A DNA stretch of 64,000 nucleotides from an uncultured bacterium. Its GTDB lineage: Bacteria > Patescibacteriota > Minisyncoccia > Minisyncoccales > RBG-13-42-11. The translations under genes were made by a program, and so were the position numbers. The stretch's first letter is position 1. Every line of letters begins with the position of its first letter. The notes under the pieces are model-generated. The model was given only the letters and a program-made list of their open reading frames with translations, did not search any database and was not told where the DNA came from. This document shows, in pieces, positions 20,866 to 30,293 of the stretch. The stretch spans positions 38,675 through 102,674 of the forward strand of contig CAWBPO010000001.1 of the NCBI GenBank assembly GCA_963790795.1. The letters run 5' to 3'.

Positions 20866-21504
20866 TCATATTTTTATTTTTTTGATTTCTTCTGTAAAAA
20901 AGGTTTCTATTTCTTTTTTAGTCACGCTTTCTTTCAAAAATTCAATTTCTACTTCTTCAATATCTTCAAGATAAACGAGTTGTTCCAAAAAAAGACGGGC
21001 ATTAAACTCATTGCCGTATTTTTTCCCAGAAATCTCTATTATTTCTTCAAGGGTAGCGTGTTTTTTTGAAACAATAAAAAAAAGGTCCGCGTAGTCCTTG
21101 AGTGAACCTCTTCTATTTATGGTGTAAGTCTTGGTCGCAGCAATTTCTTTAACGCTTAATAATCCGATCCCTTCGTAATCAACCAAATCAAATGTCAACG
21201 GAAAGGGATATTTTAAGAAAGTGGTTTTCAACCCATCAATAAAAACAGTAAGCTCATCTGGATTATTTACAGAAAGCGCTATTTTGTTGCCGTAAAAGAT
21301 CTTTTTGACTTTCGGAAATAAGTTCTTATCTATCTCTTCTCCTGAAAATAAATCAAAATCGACAGAAATGCGGTGGCCAATTTGCAAAGCCAAAGCGGTC
21401 CCGCCGGCAAGATAAAAATTATTAAAGTTTCTTAAAGCTGGTAATATCTCTCTAGCTTTTTCAGTTAGTACTTCTTGATGCATAATTGAATCTATTGATA
21501 TCAA
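20866..21504 (-). CDS. nucleotidyltransferase, AbiEii/AbiGii toxin-like (type IV TA / abortive-infection family)
   Basis: YLAGGTALALQIGHRISVDFDLF (GGTAL...R.S.D.D motif of DUF1814/AbiEii NTases). Confidence 0.5.
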   Translation of the reverse strand: MISIDSIMHQEVLTEKAREILPALRNFNNFYLAGGTALALQIGHRISVDFDLFSGEEIDKNLFPKVKKIFYGNKIALSVNNPDELTVFIDGLKTTFLKYPFPLTFDLVDYEGIGLLSVKEIAATKTYTINRRGSLKDYADLFFIVSKKHATLEEIIEISGKKYGNEFNARLFLEQLVYLEDIEEVEIEFLKESVTKKEIETFFTEEIKKIKI

Positions 21505-21757
21505 AAATAATTGAGGCCAAGCGGCGAGCCCCCGGTCTCATTTCGCTTGCTCTGGTTTTTGCCAAAACTTCGCGGACTGCTTCTTTGCCATAGTTTTGCT
21601 TAAGCCAACGCCAGTGTTTAAGGTCTCCGTAATTGATTACATTAATAATAACAGTTTTTTTGTTTTTCTCCGGATTTAACTTATCTAAATCGTATGACCA
21701 TAAAATTGGCTTAAAATAATCTGGCAATTTTTTATTCATATGTTTATATTTTACCAT
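21461..21757 (-). CDS. small basic protein, putative cognate partner/antitoxin of the AbiEii-like NTase
   Basis: 98 aa, overlaps downstream NTase gene by 44 nt (translational coupling); no family recognised. Confidence 0.3.
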   Translation of the reverse strand: MVKYKHMNKKLPDYFKPILWSYDLDKLNPEKNKKTVIINVINYGDLKHWRWLKQNYGKEAVREVLAKTRASEMRPGARRLASIIFDINRFNYASRSTN

Positions 21758-21837
21758 AAAATTACGGTATTTTCCACGCTGTTCATGTCTCTTTCATCCC
21801 TTGTCGGTTGAAGTTAGACTTCAACCGATTTCAACTA

Positions 21838-22938
21838 TTATTGTTCGAGTGGCTGGCATTCGCCAATGATTTCGCAGCCATTAGACATATCGCTGTCGCA
21901 ATCGGAAAAGCCATCAGCGCAAGTGAAATTGCAACTTCCCTCCTGGCAAGCGCCTGTGGCATTTTGAGCTGAACAAAGATTTCCTGTAGCGTCTTGTGAT
22001 TCTATTGGTTTTTCTTCGTCGGTACCGCAATTGTTTGAGTCAGTGCAGGTTCTAGTCTGGGTGAAATTCCCGCCACAGGCAACGGTTTCGGGTAAAGGCT
22101 CCCATCCAGTGTAAGACCAATCAGGGACGCAAGCTGGTGCTTCTGGCTCAGCATTACAACTTTCGTTGTACCAAAAACCTGCAGCAGTTTCACATTCAGC
22201 TTGGCTCGTACATAGATTCAAATGAGTTGCATCACAAACATCCTCGGCTGGTGGTGACGCTGTTTCACAAACACCACCTTCGTCTATTTGGCCATCGCAA
22301 TTATTGTCTATTCCATCGCAGATTTCATCGGCAGGAGTACAAGCTAAAGTTTCTGGTTCGGCATTACAGGTTTCGTTGTACCAATATCCGCTATTACTTT
22401 CACAATCAGTTTGAGTTAAACAAAGATTTAAATTATTGGCGTCGCATGATGGTTCTGGTGCTGGTGCTATTTCACATTCCCCTTTTGCCTTCACCCATTC
22501 ACCGTTTTCAATCCAGGTGCAATAGATTTCACCAGTGGCTTGATCACGCATCTCTAATTTATCAAGTTGAGCCACTTCGGCAATTAGTTTCTTCACTCCA
22601 ACAATTCCGTTTTCAATAAATAATCCCAACTTCTTCAAACTATTTTTAATTGTCAAGGTAAATTGGTCAAGAATTGTCGGTTGCTCATCTTCGGTAGAAA
22701 TAGCTTCTCCCTCGGTTGTGGTAAGCGAGCCGTCCTCGGCTAATGAGCCAAGGGACCAGTGAGGATTGATAAAGACTAAAATTTTACCGGTTTCGTTTTC
22801 AATGGGCTGGCAAGTTTCAATTTCTTCAGTTTCACCCGTCTCCTCGTTTTTAACAGACTCTGTTTCGCATTGAGTCTTGGTATTGTTAAACGACTCCAAA
22901 GCAATTCCAATTACTCTTCCTGCTTCTGTCGATTTCAT
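21838..22938 (-). CDS. C-terminal segment of giant fibre/adhesin protein: end of tail-fibre-type C-terminal domain plus Cys-rich repeats with CDGIDNNCDG metal-binding-like motif
   Basis: Begins mid-domain (SQPGVAMKSTEAGRVIGIALESF); upstream parts of same domain lie in two other frames (22945-23373); repeated LNLC.SQ.EC...G.WYNE.CNAEPE modules. Confidence 0.55.
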   Translation of the reverse strand: MKSTEAGRVIGIALESFNNTKTQCETESVKNEETGETEEIETCQPIENETGKILVFINPHWSLGSLAEDGSLTTTEGEAISTEDEQPTILDQFTLTIKNSLKKLGLFIENGIVGVKKLIAEVAQLDKLEMRDQATGEIYCTWIENGEWVKAKGECEIAPAPEPSCDANNLNLCLTQTDCESNSGYWYNETCNAEPETLACTPADEICDGIDNNCDGQIDEGGVCETASPPAEDVCDATHLNLCTSQAECETAAGFWYNESCNAEPEAPACVPDWSYTGWEPLPETVACGGNFTQTRTCTDSNNCGTDEEKPIESQDATGNLCSAQNATGACQEGSCNFTCADGFSDCDSDMSNGCEIIGECQPLEQ

Positions 22939-23130
22939 TGCCACTCCTGGTTGAGAAAAGTTAAAACATCGCCAACCTGAATTGGCCCATTTTCGGTTGA
23001 CACTTTAACTGGTACCCGACCGCTTAAAGTAACTGGTACCTGAATTTCATTTAAAAATTGAGATTTATCCGTTTTAAATCCTCCCAGAAGAACGGCTGGC
23101 TCGGTGGAAATAACACGAGAAGTTTTGAAT

Positions 23131-23660
23131 CTAAGACGAAGAAGATCGTTTAATAAATATAGGATTCTCTTCGTCTAAGGCGACCACCTCGCCGGCCCCC
23201 AATGTTGTGTCTTTGGTTGGATAATTTTCAGCCACATCATAGATAGACATAGCTACTGCGTGAGAATAAACGTATCCTTCTATGTTATTGTCTATGTTGC
23301 AGTTGTCATCGCTTCCAACACATAATCCGCCGCCTGTAACTTGAAAGTCTCGCTTCTGGCGCCGTAGTCCCAATTCCTACGTTGTCGCCAGACGGTCACC
23401 TCCTTGAACACTGAGGCTGAATAGAGACGAAAACTCATCGGCAACGGCAAATTTAAGAGTTCCGTAGTTATAATAAGTGAACTAATCCTGGCAAAGCCAT
23501 CATAACCTATAGCGAGGGAGGTGTAAAGTCCTACATTACCTGATGAATCAACGGTGGTGATATTCTTGGCTGAGCAGTCACCGTTGGCACACTTGAAACT
23601 TGAGGTTAGCGATTTCGTCCTCATCCCAATAAGCGTAACTAATCCTCGCAAAGCCATCAT
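23131..23660 (-). CDS. fragments (ORFs 23131..23373, 23292..23660) of fibre protein: last FVQCTNDDCST-type repeats and start of tail-fibre C-terminal domain (GEVVALDEENP), frameshifted
   Basis: Overlapping ORFs in different frames; domain continues in a third frame (TSRVISTEPAVLLGGFKTDKSQFLNEIQVPVTLSGRVPVKVSTENGPIQVGDVLTF) then into 21838..22938. Confidence 0.45.
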
Positions 23661-23663
23661 CAG

Positions 23664-24239
23664 CTATAGCGAGGGAGGTGTAAGATCCACCTGCTGAGTC
23701 AACGGTGGTGATGTTTTTGGTTGAACAGTCATCATTGGTGCACTGGACGAATTTGAGGACGTAGTTTTCCTCGTCGCATTATAATAAGTGTAACTAATCC
23801 TGGCAAAGCCGTCAGAACCCAGAGCTAAGTATCCCCTTACATCACCCGCTGAGTCAACAGTGGTGATGTTCTTTGTTGAGCAGTCATCATTGGTGCACTG
23901 GACGAATTTGAGTTCGTTGGTTTCATTATCATAATAACTAATCCTGGCAAAGCCATCATCAGGGCTGATGGCGAGAGAGGTGTATTGACCTACATCACTT
24001 GTTGAGTCAACGGTGGTAGCGTTGTTGGTTGAACAGTCATCATTGGTGCACTGGACGAATTTGAGGTCGTTGGTTTCATCTTCAAAGTCAAGATAAGTGT
24101 AACTAATCCTGGCAAAGCCATCATAAGCTATGGCGAGAGAGGAGTTAAACACCCAACCTGAGTCAACAGTGGTAGCGTTGTTGGTTGAACAGTCATCGTT
24201 GGTGCACTGGACGAACTTGAGGTTATAGACGTCCTCCAC
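23664..24239 (-). CDS. fragment of fibre protein with four ~40-aa FVQCTNDDCST.N.TTVDS repeats; C-terminal 30 aa are out-of-frame read-through
   Basis: Repeat unit ...LKFVQCTNDDCSTNNATTVDS..DVGQYTSLAISPDDGFARISYYD; tail SSAPMMTVQPKTSPPLTQQ is the characteristic wrong-frame reading of the next module. Confidence 0.5.
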   Translation of the reverse strand: MEDVYNLKFVQCTNDDCSTNNATTVDSGWVFNSSLAIAYDGFARISYTYLDFEDETNDLKFVQCTNDDCSTNNATTVDSTSDVGQYTSLAISPDDGFARISYYDNETNELKFVQCTNDDCSTKNITTVDSAGDVRGYLALGSDGFARISYTYYNATRKTTSSNSSSAPMMTVQPKTSPPLTQQVDLTPPSL

Positions 24240-24283
24240 CTCATCCCAATAAATGTAACTAATCCTGGCAAAGCCATCATTAG

Positions 24284-26419
24284 CTATGGCGAGAGAGGTG
24301 CATTCACCAAATACACCACCTGTTGAGTCAACGGTGGTAGTGCTGTTGGTTGAGCAGTCAGCATTGGTGCACTGGACAATTTGAGGTCTTCGTTGGTACC
24401 ATCATAATAACTAATCCTGGCAAAACCATCATCAGCTATGGCGAGAGAGTTGTAGTACCCCACATCACCTGATGAGTCAACAGTGGTTTTCTGCCAAGAA
24501 GAAGTGAAGGTAGTGAGGATGTTTGAAGAATCTTCTCCGATTAAGACGCTGTTTCCAAATTTGGCGCTTTGGTTAACGAGAAGTGAGCCATCAGTAATAA
24601 TGTTACCTTCAACCCCAAGAGAACCGGCTACAAATAAGTCATTGCCATCGGGGTTGAAGGAAATATCATTAGTAAATCGGGCAAATTTGAGGTTGGCGTT
24701 TTGTTCCACATAATCATATTCAAAATAACTAATCCTGGCAAAGCCATCTGAACCTATAGCGAGAGAGGTGTATTCACCAAATACACCACCTGTTGAGTCA
24801 ACGGTGGTAGTGCTGTTGGTTGAGCAGTCATCATTGGTGCACTGGACCAATTTGAGTTCGCCGTTGGTATCATCATAGTAACTAATCCTGGCAAAGCCAT
24901 CATCAGCTATGGCGAGAGAGGAGCCATTCCCACCCGTTGAGTCAACAGTGGTAGCGTTCTTGGTTGAGCAGTCATCGTTGGTGCACTGGACGAATTGGAG
25001 GTTTCCGTTGTCATAATCATAATAACTAATCCTGGCAAAGCCATCATCAGCTATAGCGAGAGAGTTGTAGTACCCCACATCACCTGCTGAGTCAACAGTG
25101 GTAGTGCTGTTGGTTGAGCAGTCATCGTTGGTGCACTGGACGAACTTGAGGTTAGAGATTTCCTCCACCTCATCCCAATAAGCGTAACTAATCCTGGCAA
25201 AGCCATCATCAGCTATAGCGAGAGAGTTGTAGTACCCCACATCACCTGCTGAGTCAACAGTGGTAGTGCTGTTGGTTGAGCAGTCATCATTGGTGCACTG
25301 GACGAATTGGAGGTTTCCGTTGTCATAATCATAATAACTAATCCTGGCAAAGCCATCATCAGCTATAGCGAGAGAGATATCTTCTACCCAATTACCTGTT
25401 GGGTCAACAATGGTAGCGTTCTTGGTTGAGCAGTCATCATTGGTGCATTGGACGAATTGGAGGGAGCTGTTGTAAGTATTATAATAACTAATCCTGGCAA
25501 AACCATCTGAACCCATAGCGAGGGAGGTGTAAGGTCCTACATTACCTGATGAATCAACGGTGGTGATACTTTTGGTTGAGCAGTCATCATTGGTGCACTG
25601 GACGAATTGGAGGTTTTCGTTGGTATCATCATAGTAACTAATCCTGGCAAAGCCATCATCAGCTATGGCGAGAGAGGGAGGGATGTCTGCCGTACTATCT
25701 ACTGAGTCAACAGTGGTAATAAAAATTGACGAGACAGAACTGGTAACTGTATTAATATTTCCGCCAATGAAGACATTGCCGGAGGTATCCAAAACCAGGA
25801 CTTTTTCATTGGACCCAATTTGAAACTGAATTGGTCTTATTTCCCCAGTGCCACTGGCTGAAGTAGAAATGGTTAAAGCATCTCCTCCAGAAGAATCATA
25901 GTTAATAGTTATTTGACTAAGAGAAGGACTGCTGCTCGTGGAAGTAGTCTTTAGTCCGCCAGTAAAATCTAAAGTATCAACCGAAATTGACCAGCCGCCA
26001 GTCGCTTCCCAATTGACATCGGAAATATTGTTAAAGTTAGCTCCTGACATTAGATTAGCTGAAATCCCGAAAGCCTGGTCTAAAGCTCTCTCTTGGGAAT
26101 TGACTGAGGCGGCGGTCCAGGTTTCTTGAGAATAGGTCGCATTGGAGTTGTATTTCCAAGTTCCAGAATCATTTTTGGCTATGCTTCTCCACTGGGATTG
26201 ACCTAAACCAAAGACCTTCCAGATAGTTCTATCATCAAAAGAAACGGCATAATAAATGGTTTGAGAATTTAAAGTTTCGGTAATGGCTCCTGAAATTATA
26301 TTTAGCCAGCTGGAAGTATCGATTTGATTACTGTCAGTAGTTGAGAGAATATAATATTCATCGGAAGGATAAATTTCAGTGCCCGTGATTCCCAGACCAC
26401 GGCATTGCTGTAATCCCAA
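24284..26419 (-). CDS. fragment of fibre protein: beta-rich N-part, GIGTT-type linker, ~12 FVQCTNDDCST 40-aa repeats
   Basis: 711 aa; same frame as upstream ORF 26438..27472, separated only by TAG at 26438-26440. Confidence 0.55.
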   Translation of the reverse strand: MGLQQCRGLGITGTEIYPSDEYYILSTTDSNQIDTSSWLNIISGAITETLNSQTIYYAVSFDDRTIWKVFGLGQSQWRSIAKNDSGTWKYNSNATYSQETWTAASVNSQERALDQAFGISANLMSGANFNNISDVNWEATGGWSISVDTLDFTGGLKTTSTSSSPSLSQITINYDSSGGDALTISTSASGTGEIRPIQFQIGSNEKVLVLDTSGNVFIGGNINTVTSSVSSIFITTVDSVDSTADIPPSLAIADDGFARISYYDDTNENLQFVQCTNDDCSTKSITTVDSSGNVGPYTSLAMGSDGFARISYYNTYNSSLQFVQCTNDDCSTKNATIVDPTGNWVEDISLAIADDGFARISYYDYDNGNLQFVQCTNDDCSTNSTTTVDSAGDVGYYNSLAIADDGFARISYAYWDEVEEISNLKFVQCTNDDCSTNSTTTVDSAGDVGYYNSLAIADDGFARISYYDYDNGNLQFVQCTNDDCSTKNATTVDSTGGNGSSLAIADDGFARISYYDDTNGELKLVQCTNDDCSTNSTTTVDSTGGVFGEYTSLAIGSDGFARISYFEYDYVEQNANLKFARFTNDISFNPDGNDLFVAGSLGVEGNIITDGSLLVNQSAKFGNSVLIGEDSSNILTTFTSSWQKTTVDSSGDVGYYNSLAIADDGFARISYYDGTNEDLKLSSAPMLTAQPTALPPLTQQVVYLVNAPLSP

Positions 26420-26437
26420 CCAGCCGCTACGTATTTG

Positions 26438-27472
26438 CTATGGTTGAGTCGTAGATGATGGAATAGATCGATTGGTTACGACTCCGGTGTCAACGTTTCG
26501 CTGGGTCCAGGAGGTTAAATCGGTTGATTCCCAGACCACGGCATAGTTGCCATCATTATACGAATCATAATGACTACCAGCAACTACATATTTGCTATTG
26601 GTTGAGTCGTAGACGATAGAAATCCAACCATCGGTATAAGCTTCGATATCAACGTCTCTTTGGATCCAGGAGGTTAAATCAGTTGATTCCCAGACTACGA
26701 CACCCCAATTATCAATGCCAGCAGCTACATATTTGCCATTGGTTGAGTCATAGATGATGGAATCAATACATTGGTCATCAACAACTTCGGTATCAACGTT
26801 TCTCTGGGTCCAGGAGATTAAATCATCAATTGATTCCCAGACTACGGCATAATAGCTAGTAGCATTCTCATCAATGCCAGCCGCTACATATTTGCTATGA
26901 GTTGAGTCATAGATGATGGAATTAATCCATTGCTCATCAACTCCGGTATCAACGTTTCTTTGGATCCAGGAGATTAAATCAGTTGATTCCCAAACTACGG
27001 CATCACAAAAGCTTCCCGCTTCAACATAATGATCATGCCCTCCGGCTACATATTTTCCATTAGTTGAGTCATAGATGATGGAATTAATCCATTGGTTATC
27101 AGCTCCGGTATCAACATTTCTTTGGATCCAGGAAATTAAATCAGTTGATTCCCAGACTACGGCGTCAGAGCCAGTACCATAATCAGCACCAGCCGCTACA
27201 TATTTGCTATGGGTTGAGTCATAGATGATAGAATTAATCCATTGGTCATTAGCTCCGGTATCAACGTCTCTCCGGATCCAGGTTTGGAGGTCGGCTGATT
27301 CCCAGACTTCGGCATCGTAGTCAGTAGTATCCTCAGCACCAGCAGCTACATATTTGCTATGAGTTGAGTCATAGATGATAGAATTAATCCATTGGTCACC
27401 AGCTCCGGTATCAACGTTTCTCTGGGTCCAGGAGGTTAAGTCACTAGAAGAATAACTATTTAATTCAACCAC
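26438..27472 (-). CDS. fragment of fibre protein: ~8 copies of a 40-aa repeat (VVWESTDLISWIQRNVDTG..QWINSIIYDSTNGKYVAAG)
   Basis: Tandem degenerate repeats; ends at in-frame TAG aligned with the conserved Tyr of the repeat (..NSKYVV.. vs ..TQP*QI..). Confidence 0.5.
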   Translation of the reverse strand: MVELNSYSSSDLTSWTQRNVDTGAGDQWINSIIYDSTHSKYVAAGAEDTTDYDAEVWESADLQTWIRRDVDTGANDQWINSIIYDSTHSKYVAAGADYGTGSDAVVWESTDLISWIQRNVDTGADNQWINSIIYDSTNGKYVAGGHDHYVEAGSFCDAVVWESTDLISWIQRNVDTGVDEQWINSIIYDSTHSKYVAAGIDENATSYYAVVWESIDDLISWTQRNVDTEVVDDQCIDSIIYDSTNGKYVAAGIDNWGVVVWESTDLTSWIQRDVDIEAYTDGWISIVYDSTNSKYVVAGSHYDSYNDGNYAVVWESTDLTSWTQRNVDTGVVTNRSIPSSTTQP

Positions 27473-27538
27473 TCCGCTGTTGAATTTAGTGCAATAAATA
27501 TTATTAATACTGCCAGAAGCAGAAGGAGTGCCAGAAAC

Positions 27539-28504
27539 CTAAAAGTGAGTAGTATCAGCAACCGAGCTGATATCGTAAAAAGTGCCAGCTAATTTGGCTC
27601 GGCAGCCAACTTTTACTTTTAAAGACATGGCAGCATTTAAAGTAACTGCTGAACCTGAGGCAGTGTAGGTAGTGGCTGAACCCTTTAATTCTTCTTGTTG
27701 GAAATTGGATTCATCAGCTTCATCAAAGTCAAGTGAGTTATTAGAATTAAGAAGTGGATAGGGATTAAGAGTAAATTGACTCAATTCATAATTTGAGGGG
27801 TCAGTATATGAACCATACATTTTGATTGAGGCTGACCCTAAGTAAAGATCTCTCCAGAGGTTAGTGGCTGAACCTAAATCATAAGTATTGTCAGTCATCG
27901 GTAGAAAATTACCTTCTAAACTCAAATCACCATTATTAGCTAAGTTTAAAACAGTGCCAGTGGCATTTTTAAACTCAGCAATATTGCCTGATCCGTCCTG
28001 TCTGGCAGAAAGAACAGTATCGCTTGTGGTGGCATAAACATCCAAGATTGCCGTCGGCTCTGTCGTCCCGATGCCGACGTTGCCAGCAGGGTTTAAAATA
28101 ATATTACCAGCAACAGTAGAAAGTGTCGTTGATGTTGAACCTGAAATGGTGTCTTTATTTATAGTTATGGTTTCTCCAATTGTTGCTGTGGCAGCATATA
28201 TATTTGCCCATTTATATTCTGAAGAACCTAAATTATAAACAGTTGTCGTAGAAGGCAACAGATTTCCTGTCAGAATCGTATTGCCGGCATTATTTACGGT
28301 AAAAACAGTACTAGTGGCGTTTTTGAATTCAACAACACTGCCTGTGCTTGCCTGGGTGACGGTTAGAGCTGAGGTGTTTGTGGCAGAGGTGGAGGAAGCG
28401 TAAACGCTGACCAATCCTTCTGAATATATTCCTCCTACACCTGCATTGATTCCGTTTTGGACGTAAAGATTGTTGTTGATTATGGCGTTGTCATTGACCA
28501 TCAT
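27539..28504 (-). CDS. fragment of fibre protein: Thr/Ser/Asn-rich beta-fibre segment with GNVGIGTTEP tail-fibre motif
   Basis: 321 aa, low-complexity T/S/N/G beta-strand-like sequence; abuts 28501..29583. Confidence 0.45.
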   Translation of the reverse strand: MMVNDNAIINNNLYVQNGINAGVGGIYSEGLVSVYASSTSATNTSALTVTQASTGSVVEFKNATSTVFTVNNAGNTILTGNLLPSTTTVYNLGSSEYKWANIYAATATIGETITINKDTISGSTSTTLSTVAGNIILNPAGNVGIGTTEPTAILDVYATTSDTVLSARQDGSGNIAEFKNATGTVLNLANNGDLSLEGNFLPMTDNTYDLGSATNLWRDLYLGSASIKMYGSYTDPSNYELSQFTLNPYPLLNSNNSLDFDEADESNFQQEELKGSATTYTASGSAVTLNAAMSLKVKVGCRAKLAGTFYDISSVADTTHF

Positions 28505-29583
28505 GGTGTCTGGTTGAGAGACCCGGCAAAGAGATTGGGGGTTTCAATACCGCCGATGTCCACGATGGCAAGGTTACTAGACAACTCTCCCGCCACATAG
28601 ACGTACTTGCCGAAGACATAAACTGAAGGAGCACCATTCATCACGTTTGTATCGTTAGGATCCCAGTTGCCAACAAGAGTAGGGCTGGCAGGGCTGCTGA
28701 TATCAACGATAGCAAGGTTGCTGGAGTCACGTCCCGCTACATAAGCATATTTACCAGAGACATAGACAGAAAAAGCGTTATTCATCACGTTTGCATCATT
28801 GGGATCCCAGTTGCCTGTGGTGGTGGGGGTAGCAGGATTGCTAATATCCACAATCGCAAGGTTGTCAGATCCAGCTCCTGTCACATAAGCGTACTTGCCG
28901 GAGACATAGACTGATACGGCTTCATTCATCACGTTTGCATCATTGGGATCCCAGTTGCCAATAGTTGTGGGGTTGGCAGGATTGCTGATGTCCACAATTG
29001 CAAGGTTGCTAGAAAAATCTCCCGCCACATAGGCGTACTTGCCTGAAACATAAACTGAAGAAGCACCATTCATCACGTTCGTATCATTGGGATCCCAGTT
29101 GCCAATAGTTGTGGGGCTGGCAGGATTGCTGATATCCACAATTGCAAGGTTGTCGGAATCTTCTCCTGCCACATAGGCGTACTTGCCTGAAACGTAGACT
29201 GAATAAGCGCCATACATCACGTTCGTATCATTGGGATCCCAGTTGCCAATAGTTGTGGGGCTGGCAGGATTGCTGATATCCACAATTGCAAGGTTGCTAG
29301 AGACATATCCCGCCACATAGGCGTATTTGCCGGAGATATAAACTGAATGAGCACCATTCATCACGTTTGTATCGTTAGGATCCCAATTGCCCGTGGTGGT
29401 AGGGCTGGCAGGATTGCTGATATCCACAATCGCAAGGTTGTCGGAGCCATCTCCCGCCACATAGGCGTACTTGCCAGAGACATAAACAGAAACGGCGTAT
29501 TGCATCACATTCGTATCATCGGGGTACCAGTTACCCTTTAGAACAAGTTGAACCGCCGTCAACCCGAAGATCACCAACCACAT
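28501..29583 (-). CDS. fragment of fibre protein: 8 tandem ~40-aa LVIVD-like repeats (GNWDPNDTNVMNGA.SVYVSGKYAYVAG..S.NLAIVDISNPASPTT)
   Basis: Near-perfect 120-bp periodicity; NLAIVDISNP core resembles LVIVD beta-propeller repeats. Confidence 0.55.
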   Translation of the reverse strand: MWLVIFGLTAVQLVLKGNWYPDDTNVMQYAVSVYVSGKYAYVAGDGSDNLAIVDISNPASPTTTGNWDPNDTNVMNGAHSVYISGKYAYVAGYVSSNLAIVDISNPASPTTIGNWDPNDTNVMYGAYSVYVSGKYAYVAGEDSDNLAIVDISNPASPTTIGNWDPNDTNVMNGASSVYVSGKYAYVAGDFSSNLAIVDISNPANPTTIGNWDPNDANVMNEAVSVYVSGKYAYVTGAGSDNLAIVDISNPATPTTTGNWDPNDANVMNNAFSVYVSGKYAYVAGRDSSNLAIVDISSPASPTLVGNWDPNDTNVMNGAPSVYVFGKYVYVAGELSSNLAIVDIGGIETPNLFAGSLNQTP

Positions 29584-30293
29584 CCAGCTTTTTGCCAGGA
29601 CTGGTCGTCCCGATGCCGACGTTGCCTGAAGGAGTAATGGTTAGTCTTTCTACACCAGCGGTTAGAATTGAAAGATTTTGAAATAGTGGGATTAGCTATC
29701 TGAAGGGTATTTATAGTTTGGAAGGGAACTGAATATGACCTGGGGTTTGCCATCCAGCCGCCCAACTGGGAGCCTCCGGTTAAGGCAGTGCCGGTAGCAC
29801 CTACACAGGAAGAATCAGCACATTTGGTAATCATTAGGTCGGTGTCACTCTGATTGCGATAAGCGATAATCGGCAGACCGTGGGCACCGATGGCAAGGGA
29901 AGTAAACCTGCCAATCGTATCACCATCGCTAATCTGGGTAGTGGTATTGCCTGAAGAACAAGCAGTATTGCCGCATTTTGTAATCATCAGGTCGCCATCG
30001 GTGGAATTGTAATGAGAAATAACCGGCAGACCGTCAGTGCCAATGGCAATGGAATTATCATCGCCAACATTATCACCATCGCTAATCTGGATGGTGGTAT
30101 TTCCTGAAGAACAGGCAGAGTTTCCGCATTTGGTAATCATCAGGTCGTCGTCGGTGGAATTTCCATAAGAGATAATTGGCAGGCCGTCGTTTCCTATGGC
30201 AATGGAAGTACCATAGCCAATAATATCAGTATCAGTAATCTGGGTGGTGGTATTTCCTGAAGAACAGGCAGAGTTTCCGCATTTGGTAATCAT
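29571..30293 (-). CDS. fragment of fibre protein: 50-aa Cys repeats (MITKCGNSACSSGNTTTQISDGD.VG...SIAIG.DGLPIISY.NSTDGDL); last 40 aa out of frame
   Basis: Continuation of repeats from 30293..32896 in a different frame; C-terminal garbage overlies a GNVGIGTTSPGK motif readable in another frame (29590-29640). Confidence 0.5.
   Translation of the reverse strand: MITKCGNSACSSGNTTTQITDTDIIGYGTSIAIGNDGLPIISYGNSTDDDLMITKCGNSACSSGNTTIQISDGDNVGDDNSIAIGTDGLPVISHYNSTDGDLMITKCGNTACSSGNTTTQISDGDTIGRFTSLAIGAHGLPIIAYRNQSDTDLMITKCADSSCVGATGTALTGGSQLGGWMANPRSYSVPFQTINTLQIANPTISKSFNSNRWCRKTNHYSFRQRRHRDDQSWQKAGCGW

Larger units (their letters stand above)
20060..21834. mobile_element. putative IS200/IS605-like unit: direct copies of a 40-bp hairpin element (20060-20097 and 21794-21834) bracket tnpA plus an AbiEii-like two-gene cargo
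   Basis: tcatcccttgtcggttgaNNttagacttcaaccgattt present in direct orientation at both ends; third inverted copy inside tnpA (20616-20654). Confidence 0.4.

Noticed and set aside
22137-22619. 160-aa His-rich + strand ORF (HHKHPRLVVTLFHKHH...)
   Set aside because: Antisense to the Cys-rich C-terminal region of the fibre protein. His/Gln codons are the mirror image of Cys codons (TGC/TGT vs GCA/ACA). No start context. Spurious.
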